NCBI RefSeq assembly: GCF_006345805.1
Contig: NC_043026.1
Location: 6,572,001 to 6,636,000, forward strand
DNA from: Octopus sinensis
Lineage: Eukaryota
Length of the DNA: 64,000 nucleotides
Direction of reading: 5' to 3'
The position numbers and the translations under genes were made by a program. Shown piece by piece: positions 1 to 13,596 of the stretch (position 1 is the stretch's first letter; every line of letters starts with the position of its first letter). The notes beneath the pieces were generated by a model, which was not told the DNA's origin, ran no database searches, and worked only from the letters and a program-made list of their open reading frames with translations.

Positions 1-756
1 CACTAACACTCAGAGTGGTTGGCGATAGGGAAGGCATCAAGTTGTAGAAACTTTGCCAGATCAGATTGGAACCTGGTGTGGCCTCCTGGCTTGCCAGCCC
101 TCAGTCAACCTGTCCAACCCATGCCAGCATGGAAAGCAGATGTTAAACGATGATGAAATCGTAAAGCATTAGCTATGAGCAGATGGCATTTCCACCTGCC
201 TAATGTCAGTAGCACCACAAGAATGGTTCTGTGAAACAAGGGAGGTTTTTTTGCGGCCTCCTGTATATTCGCCTAATCTGTGTGTGGGATGGTCATGCAG
301 TCATGCTTTTGCTATTAAAAATTTAATGGTTCAAAGTTAATCTGGGTTAAACGACGACAACAATAAGGCCTTTCTACATGGTCGTCCAGACTGCTAGACA
401 TAGCAACCAAATGTAGAAACAAACAAATGAATAGGCGCAGGAGTGGCTGTGTGGTAAGTAGCTTAAAAACTGATGTAATACTTACATTGTTTAATAAAAT
501 GAAGTAGCATGAAACGATTGTACTACACTACCTTGGATATCCTTGTTGCTTATTTTGATTATATGTACATATATATTTATGTATGCACGCAGGAGTGGCT
601 GTGTGGTAAGTAGCTTGCTAACCAACCACATAGTTCCAGGTTCAGTCCCACTGCGTGGCATCTTGGGCAAGTGTCTTCTGCTATAGCCCCGGGCCGACCA
701 ATGCCTTGTGAGTGGATTTGGTAGACGGAAACTGAAAGAAGCCTGTCGTATATATG

Positions 757-787
<31 letters not shown>

Positions 788-1170
788 TTGTGTTTGTCTC
801 CCTAGCATTGCTTGACAACCGATGCTGGTGTGTTTACGTCCCCGTCACTTAGCGGTTCGGCAAAAGAGACCGATAGAATAAGTATTGGGCTTACAAAGAA
901 TAAGTCCCGGGGTCGATTTGGTCGACTAAAGGCGGTGTTCCAGCATGGCCACAGTCAAATGACTGAAACAAGTAAAAGAGAGAAAAGAGAATATTTAAGA
1001 ATTCCAAAATAAAACCTAACATAATTTGGACTTTGGTAATCAGCTTCGTTTGTGAATATAAGACATTAAAAATGGGGCACATTGCACAATGTAGTCCAAA
1101 GGAAAAAGATGAGATGCTCATTCTGTCATGTTTTTGATATCAAAGATCTTTTGGTTCAAGTTTAAGCTGT

Positions 1171-1806
1171 GTTAAGAAGAAAAATAATCAGCAGAAGACG
1201 AGAGAAGGAGACCTCAATGTGGTCACTCTATATGCTAGAAATAATAGCCTAAATTTCCTTCAATCCACATCCTTCCAACTGCTTTTAATGTGCATCTGCC
1301 CAAATGTAGAATTGTGCGTAACCCTTTCGATGCCAACCCGGCTGAAACCACCTCTGGCTCTGTAGTACAAATGTCTTGTTTTCATAAGTTCTGAATTAAA
1401 ATCTTCCACCAAACTTTAGTCACAATTTATGTTCCTAACACTAGCTTAATGATAACCAAGTTATTTTACTAAATTCTTTCTTATATTTAAAATTAATTGA
1501 AAGAGACACAGAGCATCTCAACAGAAATATGGTAACGAAAGGGTTAAGAAGAAAAATAATCAGCAAAAGACATCAGAGAAGGAGACCTCAATGTGGTCAT
1601 TCTATATGCTAGAAATAATAGCCTAAATTTCCTTCAATCCACACCCTTCCAACTGCTTTTAATGTGCATCTGCCCAAATGTAGAATAGTGTGTAACCCTT
1701 TCGATACCAAACTGGCTCTGGCTCTGAGAACAAATGTCCTGTTTTCATAAGTTTTTAATTAAAATCTTCCACCAAACCTTAGTCACAATTTATGTTCCTA
1801 ACACTG
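1171..1806. mobile_element. piggyBac-like MITE (1322-1543) alternating with an approximately 148-nt SINE-tail-like segment
   Basis: Ends taaccctttc ... aaagggttaa (CCC/GGG termini at (T)TAA sites); second copy truncated from 1696. Confidence 0.75.
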
Positions 1807-3010
1807 TCATTCTACAGTCCAAATAATAAACCAGTGCATATCCGAGAAGAAAGCGAGGCCCTTAATAAAATAATCTTTGAGTTGTTGTAACATTATTGAA
1901 GGCCCCCCCCCAAAAAAACCTTGGGCGAAGTGGCAAGGTTGGAGGTTTTACATTTTTTTTCTACTGACAGCAAACGACAACCGACAAAAATTGGCAATGG
2001 GCCTTAGACCTATGAGCCTTCAGCTTCTCTATAACTGTCCGGTGTACTGCCCTTGCGTTAAGCCGGTGGGTTTTAAGGTTAATATCAATCTGTTGTCCGG
2101 GTTAGCACTCTCACCCGGTTCACGGGTGTCTTTCAGCAAGGTTCACTCGCTTGCTATAATTCGGGCTAGATTTCTCGGTCTAGGGATCACTTTATCCCAT
2201 TCCTCCTACCAGTTCTAAGGGACCCCTATAAAGGAGCATTTAAGCTATGCCCTCCTCTTCTATGACTTCAAGATTGTGTGTGTGTGAGAGAGAGAGAGAG
2301 AGAGCTTAAATGTGTACAATAAAATAAAGGTAAATGTATCCTGTGGTGAAAGTAAAGAATACGCACACCCCGGTGTTTAGGGTTAGGGTTTCGGTTTTTT
2401 GTTACGCCGAAAACGGGTGGTGTACGTATTTTTTTGCTCCTGCTGTTTTCTATTAAAGTCGGCTTTTGAGTGAAGTGAAATAGTAAATAAAATAACCGAG
2501 AAAAAGGGGACGGAATTGGGGACTAAGTTGTAAAAAAAACGAAAGAATTTGTTAAAAAAATAATTGAAATTTTTAGACGGAAAATTCTTTCACTGAGGAA
2601 AACAAAAATCCGGTTCGTGATCCTTTTCGTCCTTCGTGAAGTAATTGAGAGTTATTCCTCAAAATCTGATGAAGGACAGTTTGAAGACGGATTTAATAGT
2701 TGAACCATTATTGTGGTGGATAACACTGGGTTTATTATATATTTGCCGGTCGGCGACTGTTTCGTGTAGAGATTTGTGTCTGAGGGAAGGTCTGCAACAC
2801 CAACCGCTAACACCGTGCAAAGAAGAGCAGGAACAGGAACAACACGCGAAACAAGACCCCATTTAATACGGTTTTACATGAATAACGAGAGGGGGGAATC
2901 ATTTAACGGGGGACTGCACCCTTACCAGTAACATCACAACAGGAAACATATAAATAACGATTGCAATAGCAACAATTAGCAAAACAAGACCCCATTTAAT
3001 GTGTGTCCCA

Positions 3011-4810
3011 GGTACTACTAGCGAACAAGTGGTCCCGGTGCGCGCACTCGCGCTAGGTAGTCGTAAGTAGTCGATCCTACAAGGACTTGCGCGTGTGTTT
3101 GTATTTCAAGGCTGAATCCATATCAAAGAAAATTAAATAATATTTTTCGAACAAAGTAAATAAAACGCAAAGTAAATAATTTTTTTAAACTAAGAAATAA
3201 ATGGTAATATAGGCGTAACAAATATCAGAAAATCAAAACAAATGTGTTGTAATAGGTGTGTAAAACAACTTCCTATGAACGAATATGAAAAAAAAATTCG
3301 CGCACGCGAAAGGGGGGTGGGGGAGAGGCCTCGGAAAATTCACATCGGGAAGTTCCGAAGCGTCTGAGGAGCTGACCCGGGCACCAAAACAAAAAAAAAT
3401 AGTGTAATATGTGTAAAACAACTTGCTCTAAACGAATATGACAAAAAAAAAATGCGCTCTCGCGAAAGAGGGGGGGGGGCGAGGCCTCGGAATATTTATA
3501 TCGGGAATTTCCGAAAGCGTCTGAACCGGGCACAAAAACAAAACAGCGTAATAGGTGTAAAACAACTTCTCTAAACGACTATCATGAAAAAATGCGCGCT
3601 CGCGAAGGGGGGGGGGGAGAGGTTCGGAAATTTCACATCTTCAGTCCACGCCTTTAAAACTAAGAAAAAATAGTGTAATTGGTGTAAAACTACTTGTTCT
3701 AAAACGAGTATCAAGAACACACACTCACACATGAATCATAAACTCCGTATTTCGCAAAAAAAAATAATAAAGAGAAGAACAAATAAATTTTTCAGAAACA
3801 AAATAAATCTTTGGCTGTTATGTTATGATGTTATTATTATTGTAGTTAAAGGGTGGTGACTTGGCTGAATATTTTGAGTCTTGTAGTATGTAGTTGTGTT
3901 AGTCAATATTCTGAGTTCAAATCCAACTCATTTCTTTATCATCATTATCGATGGACCACTCAAAGAGGTATGTATACATTATCATTTTCGTAACATAATT
4001 TCTGTAGTATTTCAAGATGTTTCTGACACGTATTTTGATTCACATGGCGGAGATCCAACATTTCTTCACTTTTTCCAGAATTTCTTCTCTTATTTTTTTT
4101 TTTTGCGAAATACGGAGTTATGATTCATGTGTGAGTGTGTGTTCTTGATACACTCGTTTAGAACAAGTAGTTTTACACACAATTACACTATTTTTTCTTA
4201 GTTTAAAGCCGTGGATGAAGATGTGAAATTTCCGAAGCCTCTCCCCCACCCCCCTTTCGCGAGCGCGCATTTTTTTCATGATAGTCGTTTAGAGCAAGTT
4301 GTTTTACACCTATTACGCTGTTTTGTTTTGTTTTGTGCCCGGTTCAGACGCTTTCGGAAATTCCCGATATAAATATTCCGAGGCCTCTCCCCCACCCCTC
4401 TTTCGCGAGAGCGCATTTTTTTTGTCATATTCGTTTAGAGCAAGTTGTTTTACACATATTTTACACTATTTTTTTTTTGTTTTGGTGCCCGGGTCAGCTC
4501 CTCAGACGCTTTCGGACTTCCCGATGTGAATTTTCCGAGGCCTCTCCCGCGCCCCCCCCCCTTTCGCGTGCGCGAATTTTTTTTTCATATTCGTTCATAG
4601 GAAGTTGTTTTACACCTATTACACACATTTTGTTTTTGATTTTCTGATATTTGTTACGCCCTATATTAACCAAATAAATTATTTTTTATAAACAAACTAA
4701 GGTCAGGGTTAGGGTTCGGTTTAGGGTTAAAAGGTCGTTGTAGGATCGACTACTTACGACTAGCTAGCGCGAGTGCGCGCACCGGGACCACTTGTTCGCT
4801 AGTAGTAACC
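3011..4810. mobile_element. Mutator/foldback-type non-autonomous DNA transposon with long inverted arms
   Basis: TIR ggtactactagcgaacaagtggtcccggtgcgcgcactcgcgc at 3011, reverse complement ending at 4810; internal about 3190-3800 is the inverted repeat of about 4070-4680. Confidence 0.82.
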
Positions 4811-5015
4811 TGTCCCTTATAAATACCAGCAAAAAGTCCCCTTTGACGACGGGGGGGCTACACCACTACTACAGCAGCAAATATGTAAATAGCGAATGTA
4901 ACAACAACAACAGCAGAAAAATAATTAGCAAAACAAGACCCCATTTAATACTGTCCCTTATAAATACCTGCAAAACGGCCCCTTTGACGACGGGGGGCCG
5001 CACAATTACCCCCAA

Positions 5016-5048
<33 letters not shown>

Positions 5049-5589
5049 AGCAAACATGTAAATAGCGACCGTAATAACAACAGCAGAAGCAATAATTAGA
5101 AAAGTAGGACCCCATTTAATACTGTCTCACATGAATAACGGGGCGAACCCTAATGTGGGGCGCAAACCCCGTTAGGATCCATGGTAACAAGGGGCTCACT
5201 GTGGACTTGTCTCTTTATCATGTAAACAAAACCCCTTTAATCAAAGTTCAACGAAGATTAAGCGTAAAATGGTAAACCAAAGAGGTAGAGGTGGTTCCTA
5301 CCGTCTGTTGTCGGGTGAAGATCGTTCCTCGTTTGGTCGGGTGGAGAAGGTTTCAGGTAAAAAAAGGGATCCCAAAAGAGAGACACCCAACTCGGGCAGG
5401 ACGACGCGAAATGGATTTTGGTCCAACAGAACCCACAACTACGCATGCGCAGAGTAAACCTTTTACGGCGCACTTAACTTTCACTTCTTCTTCACGTTTC
5501 GCCTCCTCCTCCCCCCTTCTCTCACTCCTACCTCTAACTCTTACTCTTTCCGTTTCTGTCTCTCTCTCTCACTCTTTCTCATACTTCTT

Positions 5590-6490
5590 CACGTTTCGCC
5601 TCCCCCCCTTCTCTCTCACTCTCTCCGTTCCCGTCTCTATCTCTCATTCTCACCCCCACTCCCTCTTTATCCTACTTCTATCTCTTCATCTCCTTTTCTC
5701 TTTATCCTACTCTTACCTTTGACTCACCCCCCCTCTCTCTCTCTCCGTTCCCGTTTCTATCTCTCTATCTCTCTTTCTCACCCTCACTCCCTCTTTATCC
5801 TCTTCTATCTCTCCATCTCCTTTTCTCTTTATCCTACTCTTACCTTTGACTCACCCCCTCTCTCTCTCTCTCCGTTCCCGTTTCTATCTCTCTATCTCTC
5901 TTTCTCACCCTCACTCCCTCTTTCTCCTCTTCTATCTCTCCATCTCCTTTTCTCTTTATCCTACTCTTACCTTTGACTCACCCCCTCTCTCTCTCTCTCC
6001 GTTCCCGTTTCTATCTCTCTATCTCTCTTTCTCACCCTCACTCCCTCTTTATCCTCTTCTATCTCTCCATCTCCTTTTCTCTTTATCCTACTCTTACCTT
6101 TGACTCACCCCCTCTCTCTCTCTCTCCGTTCCCGTTTCTATCTCTCTATCTCTCTTTCTCACCCTCACTCCCTCTTTCTCCTCTTCTATCTCTCCATCTC
6201 CTTTTCTCTTTATCCTACTCTTACCTTTGACTCACCCCCTCTCTCTCTCTCTCCGTTCCCGTTTCTATCTCTCTATCTCTCTTTCTCACCCTCACTCCCT
6301 CTTTCTCCTCTTCTATCTCTTCATCTCCTTTTCTCTTTATCCTACTCTTACCTTTGACTCACCCCCTCTCTCTCTCTCTCCGTTCCCGTTTCTATCTCTC
6401 TATCTCTCTTTCTCACCCTCACTCCCTCTTTCTCCTCTTCTATCTCTCCATCTCCTTTTCTCTTTATCCTACTCTTACCTTTGACTCGCC

Positions 6491-6500
<10 letters not shown>
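5590..6500. repeat. 127-bp pyrimidine-rich satellite, about 7 copies
   Basis: ttgactc anchor at 5719, 5846, 5973, 6100, 6227, 6354 and 6481 (exact 127-bp period). Confidence 0.97.
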
Positions 6501-6532
<32 letters not shown>

Positions 6533-7203
6533 TCTTTCCCAGACGGCATTTCTGATCAGGGACCTACTAACATGGAACGGGGAAACTATCATACTGTCAA
6601 GCCTTTAACCATCCCTTCGGTCTAGTCTCGCTGGCTCGAGCTGGGAAGAGAGGGCCGCAGCATCTAGGCCATGCTTTACGATCTCTCTCCCTCTCTCATA
6701 CACACACTTCTCTACCTCCTCTCTCTCTCTCTCTCTCCTTTCATCCTCTCTCTTTTCTTTCCTTATCCTATCTCTCTCTCTCTCACACACATCTCTCTCT
6801 TACTCTACTTCTGTCTGTCCCCCTCTCTCTCTCTCTCTGTCTCACTCTACCTCTGTCTGTCTGTCTCTCTCTCTCTCTCCTATTCAACTTCTTTCTCTGC
6901 TTTCCTTTCTATTTCCACACCTTCTCTCCCACTTCTCCCTCTCTCATTTATCTCTCTTCCTCTTTCTCTCCTATCTCCCCCTTCTATCACCATTCCCCCT
7001 CCCTGACCTTCCTCCTTGCTCCAACCACCCTAACCCTTCCCCCAGTCTCTTCCCCATCCTTGACCCTTTTCTCCAACTTCCTCTCACCACCACTCACACT
7101 CCTTGAATCTAAACCAAGGAGAGGCAGTTTCAATTCCACCCAATTTGGCAACAATTCAGTTTGTAAACAATTACAAAAAAGCAAACAAAAACAACAACAA
7201 CAA

Positions 7204-7610
7204 GGCGCAGGAGTGGCTGTGTGGTAAGTAGCTTGCTTACCAACCACATGGTTCTGGGTTCAGTCCCACTGCGTGGCATCTTGGGCAAGTGTCTTCTACT
7301 ATAGCCTCGGGCCGACCAAAGCCTTGGGAGTGGATTTGGTAGACGGAAACTGAAAGAAGCCCGTCGTATATATGTATATATATATCTATGTGTGTGTATG
7401 TGTTTGTGTTTGTCCCCTTAGCATTGCTTGACAACCGATGCTAGTGTGTTTACATCCCCGTCACTTAGCGGTTCGGCAAAAGAGACCGATAGAATAAGTA
7501 CTGGGCTTACAAAGAATAAGTCCCGGGGTCGAGTTGCTCGACTAAAGGCGGTGCTCCAGCATGGCCGCAGTCAACTGACGGAAACAAGTAAAAGAGTACA
7601 AAAAAAAGAG
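7204..7610 (+). mobile_element. SINE family A (tRNA-like head, CORE-like centre, internal (TA/GT)n); representative full-length copy
   Basis: Head ggcgcaggagtggctgtgtggtaag...gggttcagtccc (A/B-box-like), ccttgggcaag resembling the CORE-SINE core, tail gaaacaagtaaaagag. More than 20 full or partial copies, for example about 590-990(+), 8190-8585(-), 14190-14600(-), 14855-15240(+), 15660-16052(-), 16248-16655(+), 39430-39828(-), 44945-45400(+), 49572-49955(+), 58932-59350(+), 61485-61835(+). Confidence 0.88.
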
Positions 7611-7654
7611 TAAACAACAACAAATTTACTGGTTGGCTTCCTTGTTGATAATGG

Positions 7655-8596
7655 TGATATTTATGTGAAATATTTCTTTATTGTGATATTTATGTGAAAG
7701 TGTATCTGGTGGGTGTGGATATATATATATATATTGTACTTATTGTAGGCATAAAACGAACGTTCAAATACTTACATTTATTGGTTCAGAAACTAAAAGT
7801 TGTATTAAATATTTTATGAGTAACAGGTGCAGGAGTGGCTGTGCATATAGGCACAGGAGTGGCTGTGTGGTAAGAAGCTTGCTTCCCAACCATATGGTTC
7901 TGGGTTCAGTCCCACTGCGTGGCACCTTGGGCAAGTGTCTTCTACTATATATCGGGCCAACCAGAGCCTTGTGAGTGGATTTGGTAGACGGAAACTGAAA
8001 GAAGCCTGTTGTGTATATATGTTAGGAAGGGCATCCAGCCGTAGAAACACTGCCAGATTTGACTGGGCCTGATGAAGCCTTCTGGCTTCACAGACCCCAG
8101 TAGAACCGTCCAACCCATGCTAGCATGGAAAACGGACGCTAAACGATGATGATGATGATGATGATGATGATATACTGGGATGAAATATATATACACTCTT
8201 TTACTTGTTTCAGTCAGTTGACTGCGGCCATGCTGGAGCACTGCATTTAGTCGAACAACTCGACCCCGGGACTTATTCTTTGTAAGCCTTGTACTTATTC
8301 TATCGGTCTCTTTTGCCGAACTGCTAAGTGACGGGGAAATAAACACACCAGCATCGGTTGTCAAGTGATGTGGAAGGGGGGACAAACACAAACATACACG
8401 CACACACACAAATACATATATACGACGGGCTTCTTTCAGTTTCCGTCTACCAAATCCACTCACAAGGCTTTGGTCGGCCTGAGGCTATAGCAGAAGATAC
8501 TTGCCCAAGGTGCCATGCAGTGGGACTGAACCCGGAACCATGTGGTTGGTAAGCAAGCTACTTACCACACAGCCACTCCTGCGCCTACATATATAT

Positions 8597-8632
<36 letters not shown>

Positions 8633-8655
8633 TATATATATATATACATACACAC

Positions 8656-8687
<32 letters not shown>

Positions 8688-8702
8688 CATACATCCACAC
8701 AC

Positions 8703-8733
<31 letters not shown>

Positions 8734-9798
8734 AATATATATATAACAGGCAGCTTTATGAAAATAAACAAAAGACGAAAGCAGGTGGAATACAAACAAA
8801 CAATTGTGTTAGTATGGCGCTCAGGAATATATATTATATATATATATATATGTGTATGTATATATATATATAATATATATAATAATATCAGGGTAAGAAA
8901 AATTTTGGAAATTTTTACTACCTGTGGCCTAGCGTGTAGAAAAATTAGTCAATAGACTATATATTATTCATATAAATACAGTGTACATTTAAACACATTA
9001 AGAGGTATCAATCATAGGATACCTGACATACTAGAAGGAATAGCCAAAATCCAAGCCACTATTAGGGATAAACTTCAAGTGGAATGAAAAATAAAAACAT
9101 TTGCCATCTAACTCCTGGACCCTGGTTTCTGACTTTAAATGATTGATACCTCTTATATGTTTAAATGTACACTGTATTTATATATATATATGTGTATGTA
9201 TATGTATTACTTGACAACTGATGTTGGTGTGTTTATGTTCCCGTAACTTAGCGGTTCAGCAAAAGAGACCGATAGAATAAGTACTAGGCTTACAAAGAGT
9301 GAGTTCTGTGGTTGGGTTGTTTGACTAAAGGCGGTGCTCCAGCATGGCCACAGTCAAATGACTGAAACAAGCAAAAGAATAAAAGAATTTGTACATGTCT
9401 GGAAGGTTGTAGGAGTCTTTGAAAACTTTACAATTCGTATCTCACTAAGAAGGTCAGACTTGTAGAATATGTACACTACAAACCTGAACACACACACATG
9501 TATATGCATGATCACACACAAACACACATACATATGTATACGCACGATTATACACACATGAACACATGCACACACACACACACACATACATGTATTGACC
9601 TATGTCTATCAACAGCCAGTCCTTGTTGTGATTGTGACTATTCATGGCTTTATCATATCTCAATATAAGCTTTTTTTAATAGTTCCTGATTTTCCACATG
9701 AGTTGGCAAAAATAAATTCTTTTCCACTTAAAATTCCTTTTCCCAATATCTTTCAGTCTATAATAATAACAATAATAATAATAATAATAATAATAATG

Positions 9799-9860
<62 letters not shown>

Positions 9861-10647
9861 TTATGTGAAATATTTCTTTATGTGATATTTATGTGAAAGT
9901 GTATCTGGTGGGTGTGGATATATATATATATATATTGTACTTATTGTAGGCTAAAACGAACGTTCAATACTTACATTTATTGGTTCAGAAACTAAAAGTT
10001 GTATTAAATATTTTATGAATCACAGGTGCAGGAGTGGCTGTGCATATAGGCACAGGAGTGGCTGTGTGGTAAGAAGCTTGCTTCCCAACCATATGGTTCT
10101 GGGTTCCGTCCCATTGCATGGCACCTTGGGCAAGTGTCTTCTACTATATATTGGGCCAACCAGAGCCTTGTGAGTGGATTTAGTACATGGAAACTGAAAG
10201 AAGCCTGTTGTGTATATATATATATATATATATATACATATATACTCTTTACTCTTTTATTTGTTTCAGTCATTTGACTGCGGCCATGCTGGAGCACCGA
10301 CTTTAATCGAGCAATTCGACCCTGTGACTTATTCTTTTTGTAAGCCCAGTACTTATTCTATCTGTCTCTTTTTGCCGAACCGCTAGGTGACGGGGAAATA
10401 AACACACCAGCATCGGTTGTCAAGTGATGTGGAAGGGGGGACAAACACAAACATACACGCACACACACAAATACATATATACGACGGGCTTCTTTCAGTT
10501 TCCGTCTACCAAATCCACTCACAAGGCTTTGGTCAGCCTGAGGCTATAGCAGAAGATACTTGCCCAAGGTGCCACGCAGTGGGACTGAACCCAGAACCAT
10601 GTGGTTGGTAAGCAAGCTATTTACCACACAGCCACTCCTGCGCCTAC

Positions 10648-10716
<69 letters not shown>

Positions 10717-11637
10717 CATACATAATAATATCAGGGTAAGAAAAATTTTGGAAATTTTTACTACCTGTGGCCTAGCGTGTAGAAAAAATTAGTCAATAGA
10801 CTATATATTATTCATATAAATACAGTGTACATTTAAACACATTAAGAGGTATCAATCATAGGATACCTGACATACTAGAAGGAATAGCCAAAATCCAAGC
10901 CACTTTAGGATAAACTTCAAGTGAAATGAAAACAAACATTTGCCATCTACTCCTGGACCCTGGTTTCTGACTTAAATGATTGATACCTCTTATATGTTTA
11001 AATGTACACTGTATTTATATATATATATGTGTATGTATTATGTATTACTTGACAACTGATGTTGGTGTGTTTATGTTCCCGTAACTTAGCGGTTCACAAA
11101 AGAGACCGATAGAATAAGTACTAGGCTTACAAGAGTGAGTTCTGTGGTTGGGTTGTTTGACTAAAGGCGGTGCTCCAGCATGGCCACAGTCAAATGACTG
11201 AAACAAGCAAAAGAATAAAAGAATTTGTACATGTCTGGAAGGTTGTAGGAGTCTTTGAAAACTTTACAATTCGTATCTCACTAAGAAGGTCAGACTTGTA
11301 GAATATGTACACTACAAACCCGAACACACACACATATGTATATGCATGATCACACACAAACACACATACATATGTATACGCACGATTATACACACATGAA
11401 CACATGCACACACACACACACACACACACACATGTATTGACCTATGTCTATCAACAGCCAGTCCTTGTTGTGATTGTGACTATTCATGGCTTTATCATAT
11501 CTCAATATAAGCTTTTTTTAATAGTCCCTGATTTTCCACATGAGTTGGCAAAAATAAATTCCTTTCCACTTGAAATTCCTTTTCCCAATATCTTTCAGTC
11601 TATAATAATAACAATAATAATAATAATAATAATAATG

Positions 11638-11695
<58 letters not shown>

Positions 11696-13450
11696 TTATG
11701 TGAAATATTTCTTTATTGTGATATTTATGTGAAAGTGTATCTGGTGGGTGTGGATATATATATATATATATTGTACTTATTGTAGGCATAAAACGAACGT
11801 TCAAATACTTACATTTATTGGTTCAGAAACTAAAAGTTGTATTAAATTTTTTATGAATCACAGGTGCAGGAGTGGCTGTGTACGTAGGCACAGGAGTGGC
11901 TGTGTGGTAAGAAGCTTGCTTCCCAACCATATGGTTCTGGGTTCCGTCCCATTGCATGGCACCTTGGGCAAGTGTCTTCTACTATATATTGGGCCAACCA
12001 GAGCCTTGTGAGTGGATTTAGTACATGGAAACTGAAAGAAGCCTGTTGTGTATATATATATATATATATATACATATATACTCTTTACACTTTTATTTGT
12101 TTCAGTCATTTGACTGCGGCCATGCTGGAGCACCGACTTTAATCGAGCAATTCGACCCTGTGACTTATTCTTTTTGTAGCAAGCAGTACTTATTCCATCT
12201 GTCTCTTTTTGCCGAACTGCTAGGTGACGGGGAAATAAACACACCAGCATCGGTTGTCAAGTGATGTGGAAGGGGGGACAAACACAAACATACACGCACA
12301 CACACAATACATATATACGACGGCTTCTTTCAGTTTCCGTCTACCAATCCACTCACAAGGCTTTGGTCGGCCTGAGGCTATAGCAGAAGATACTTGCCCA
12401 AGGTGCCATGCAGTGGGACTGAACCCAGAACCATGTGTTGGTAAAGCAAGCTATTTACCACACAGCCACTCCTGCGCCTACATATATATATATATACACA
12501 CCACACACACACACATATATATATATCTATATATATTATACATACATAATATCAGGGTAAGAAAAATTTTGGAAATTTTTACTACCTGTGGCCTAGCGTG
12601 TAGAAAAATTAGTCATAGACTATATATTTCATATAAATACAGTGTACATTTAAACACATTAAGAGGTATCAATCATAGGATACCTGACATACTAGAAGGA
12701 ATAGCCAAAATCCAAGCCACTATTAGGGATAAACTTCAAGTGGAATGAAAAATAAAAACATTTGCCATCTAACTCCTGGACCCTGGTTTCTGACTTTAAA
12801 TGATTGATACCTCTTATATGTTTAAATGTACACTGTATTTATATATATATATGTGTATGTATATGTATTACTTGACAACTGATGTTGGTGTGTTTATGTT
12901 CCCGTAACTTAGCGGTTCAGCAAAAGAGACCGATAGAATAAGTACTAGGCTTACAAAGAGTGAGTTCTGTGGTTGGGTTGTTTGACTAAAGGCGGTGCTC
13001 CAGCATGGCCACAGTCAAATGACTGAAACAAGCAAAAGAATAAAAGAATTTGTACATGTCTGGAAGGTTGTAGGAGTCTTTGAAAACTTTACAATTCGTA
13101 TCTCACTAAGAAGGTCAGACTTGTAGAATATGTACACTACAAACCTGAACACACACACATATGTATATGCATGATCACACACAAACACACATACATATGT
13201 ATACGCACGATTATACACACATGAACACATGCACACACACACACACACACACATGTATTGACCTACGTCTATCAACAGCCAGTCCTTGTTGTGATTGTGA
13301 CTATTCATGGCTTTATCATATCTCAATATAAGCTTTTTTTAATAGTCCCTGATTTTCCACATGAGTTGGCAAAAATAAATTCCTTTCCACTTGAAATTCC
13401 TTTTCCCAATATCTTTCAGTCTATAATAATAACAATAATAATAATAATAA
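7655..13450. repeat. Tandem triplication of an approximately 1.83-kb SINE/MITE mosaic
   Basis: aataatatcagggtaagaaaaattttgg at about 8881, 10724 and 12547; copy 1 carries an extra family R tail at about 8023-8170. Confidence 0.95.
8972..9182. mobile_element. TA-flanked MITE-like element with approximately 46-bp TIRs (one per triplicated unit)
   Basis: tataaatacagtgtacatttaaacacattaagaggtatcaatcat ... atgattgatacctcttatatgtttaaatgtacactgtatttatata; repeated at about 10815 and 12630. Confidence 0.72.
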
Positions 13451-13487
13451 TGATAATAATAATAATAATAATAATAATAATAGTAAT

Positions 13488-13596
<109 letters not shown>

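Noticed and set aside
1877-2218. 113-aa ORF in relatively GC-rich unique sequence
   Set aside because: Non-ATG start, no motif, no splice context; possibly an unrecognised transposon fragment.
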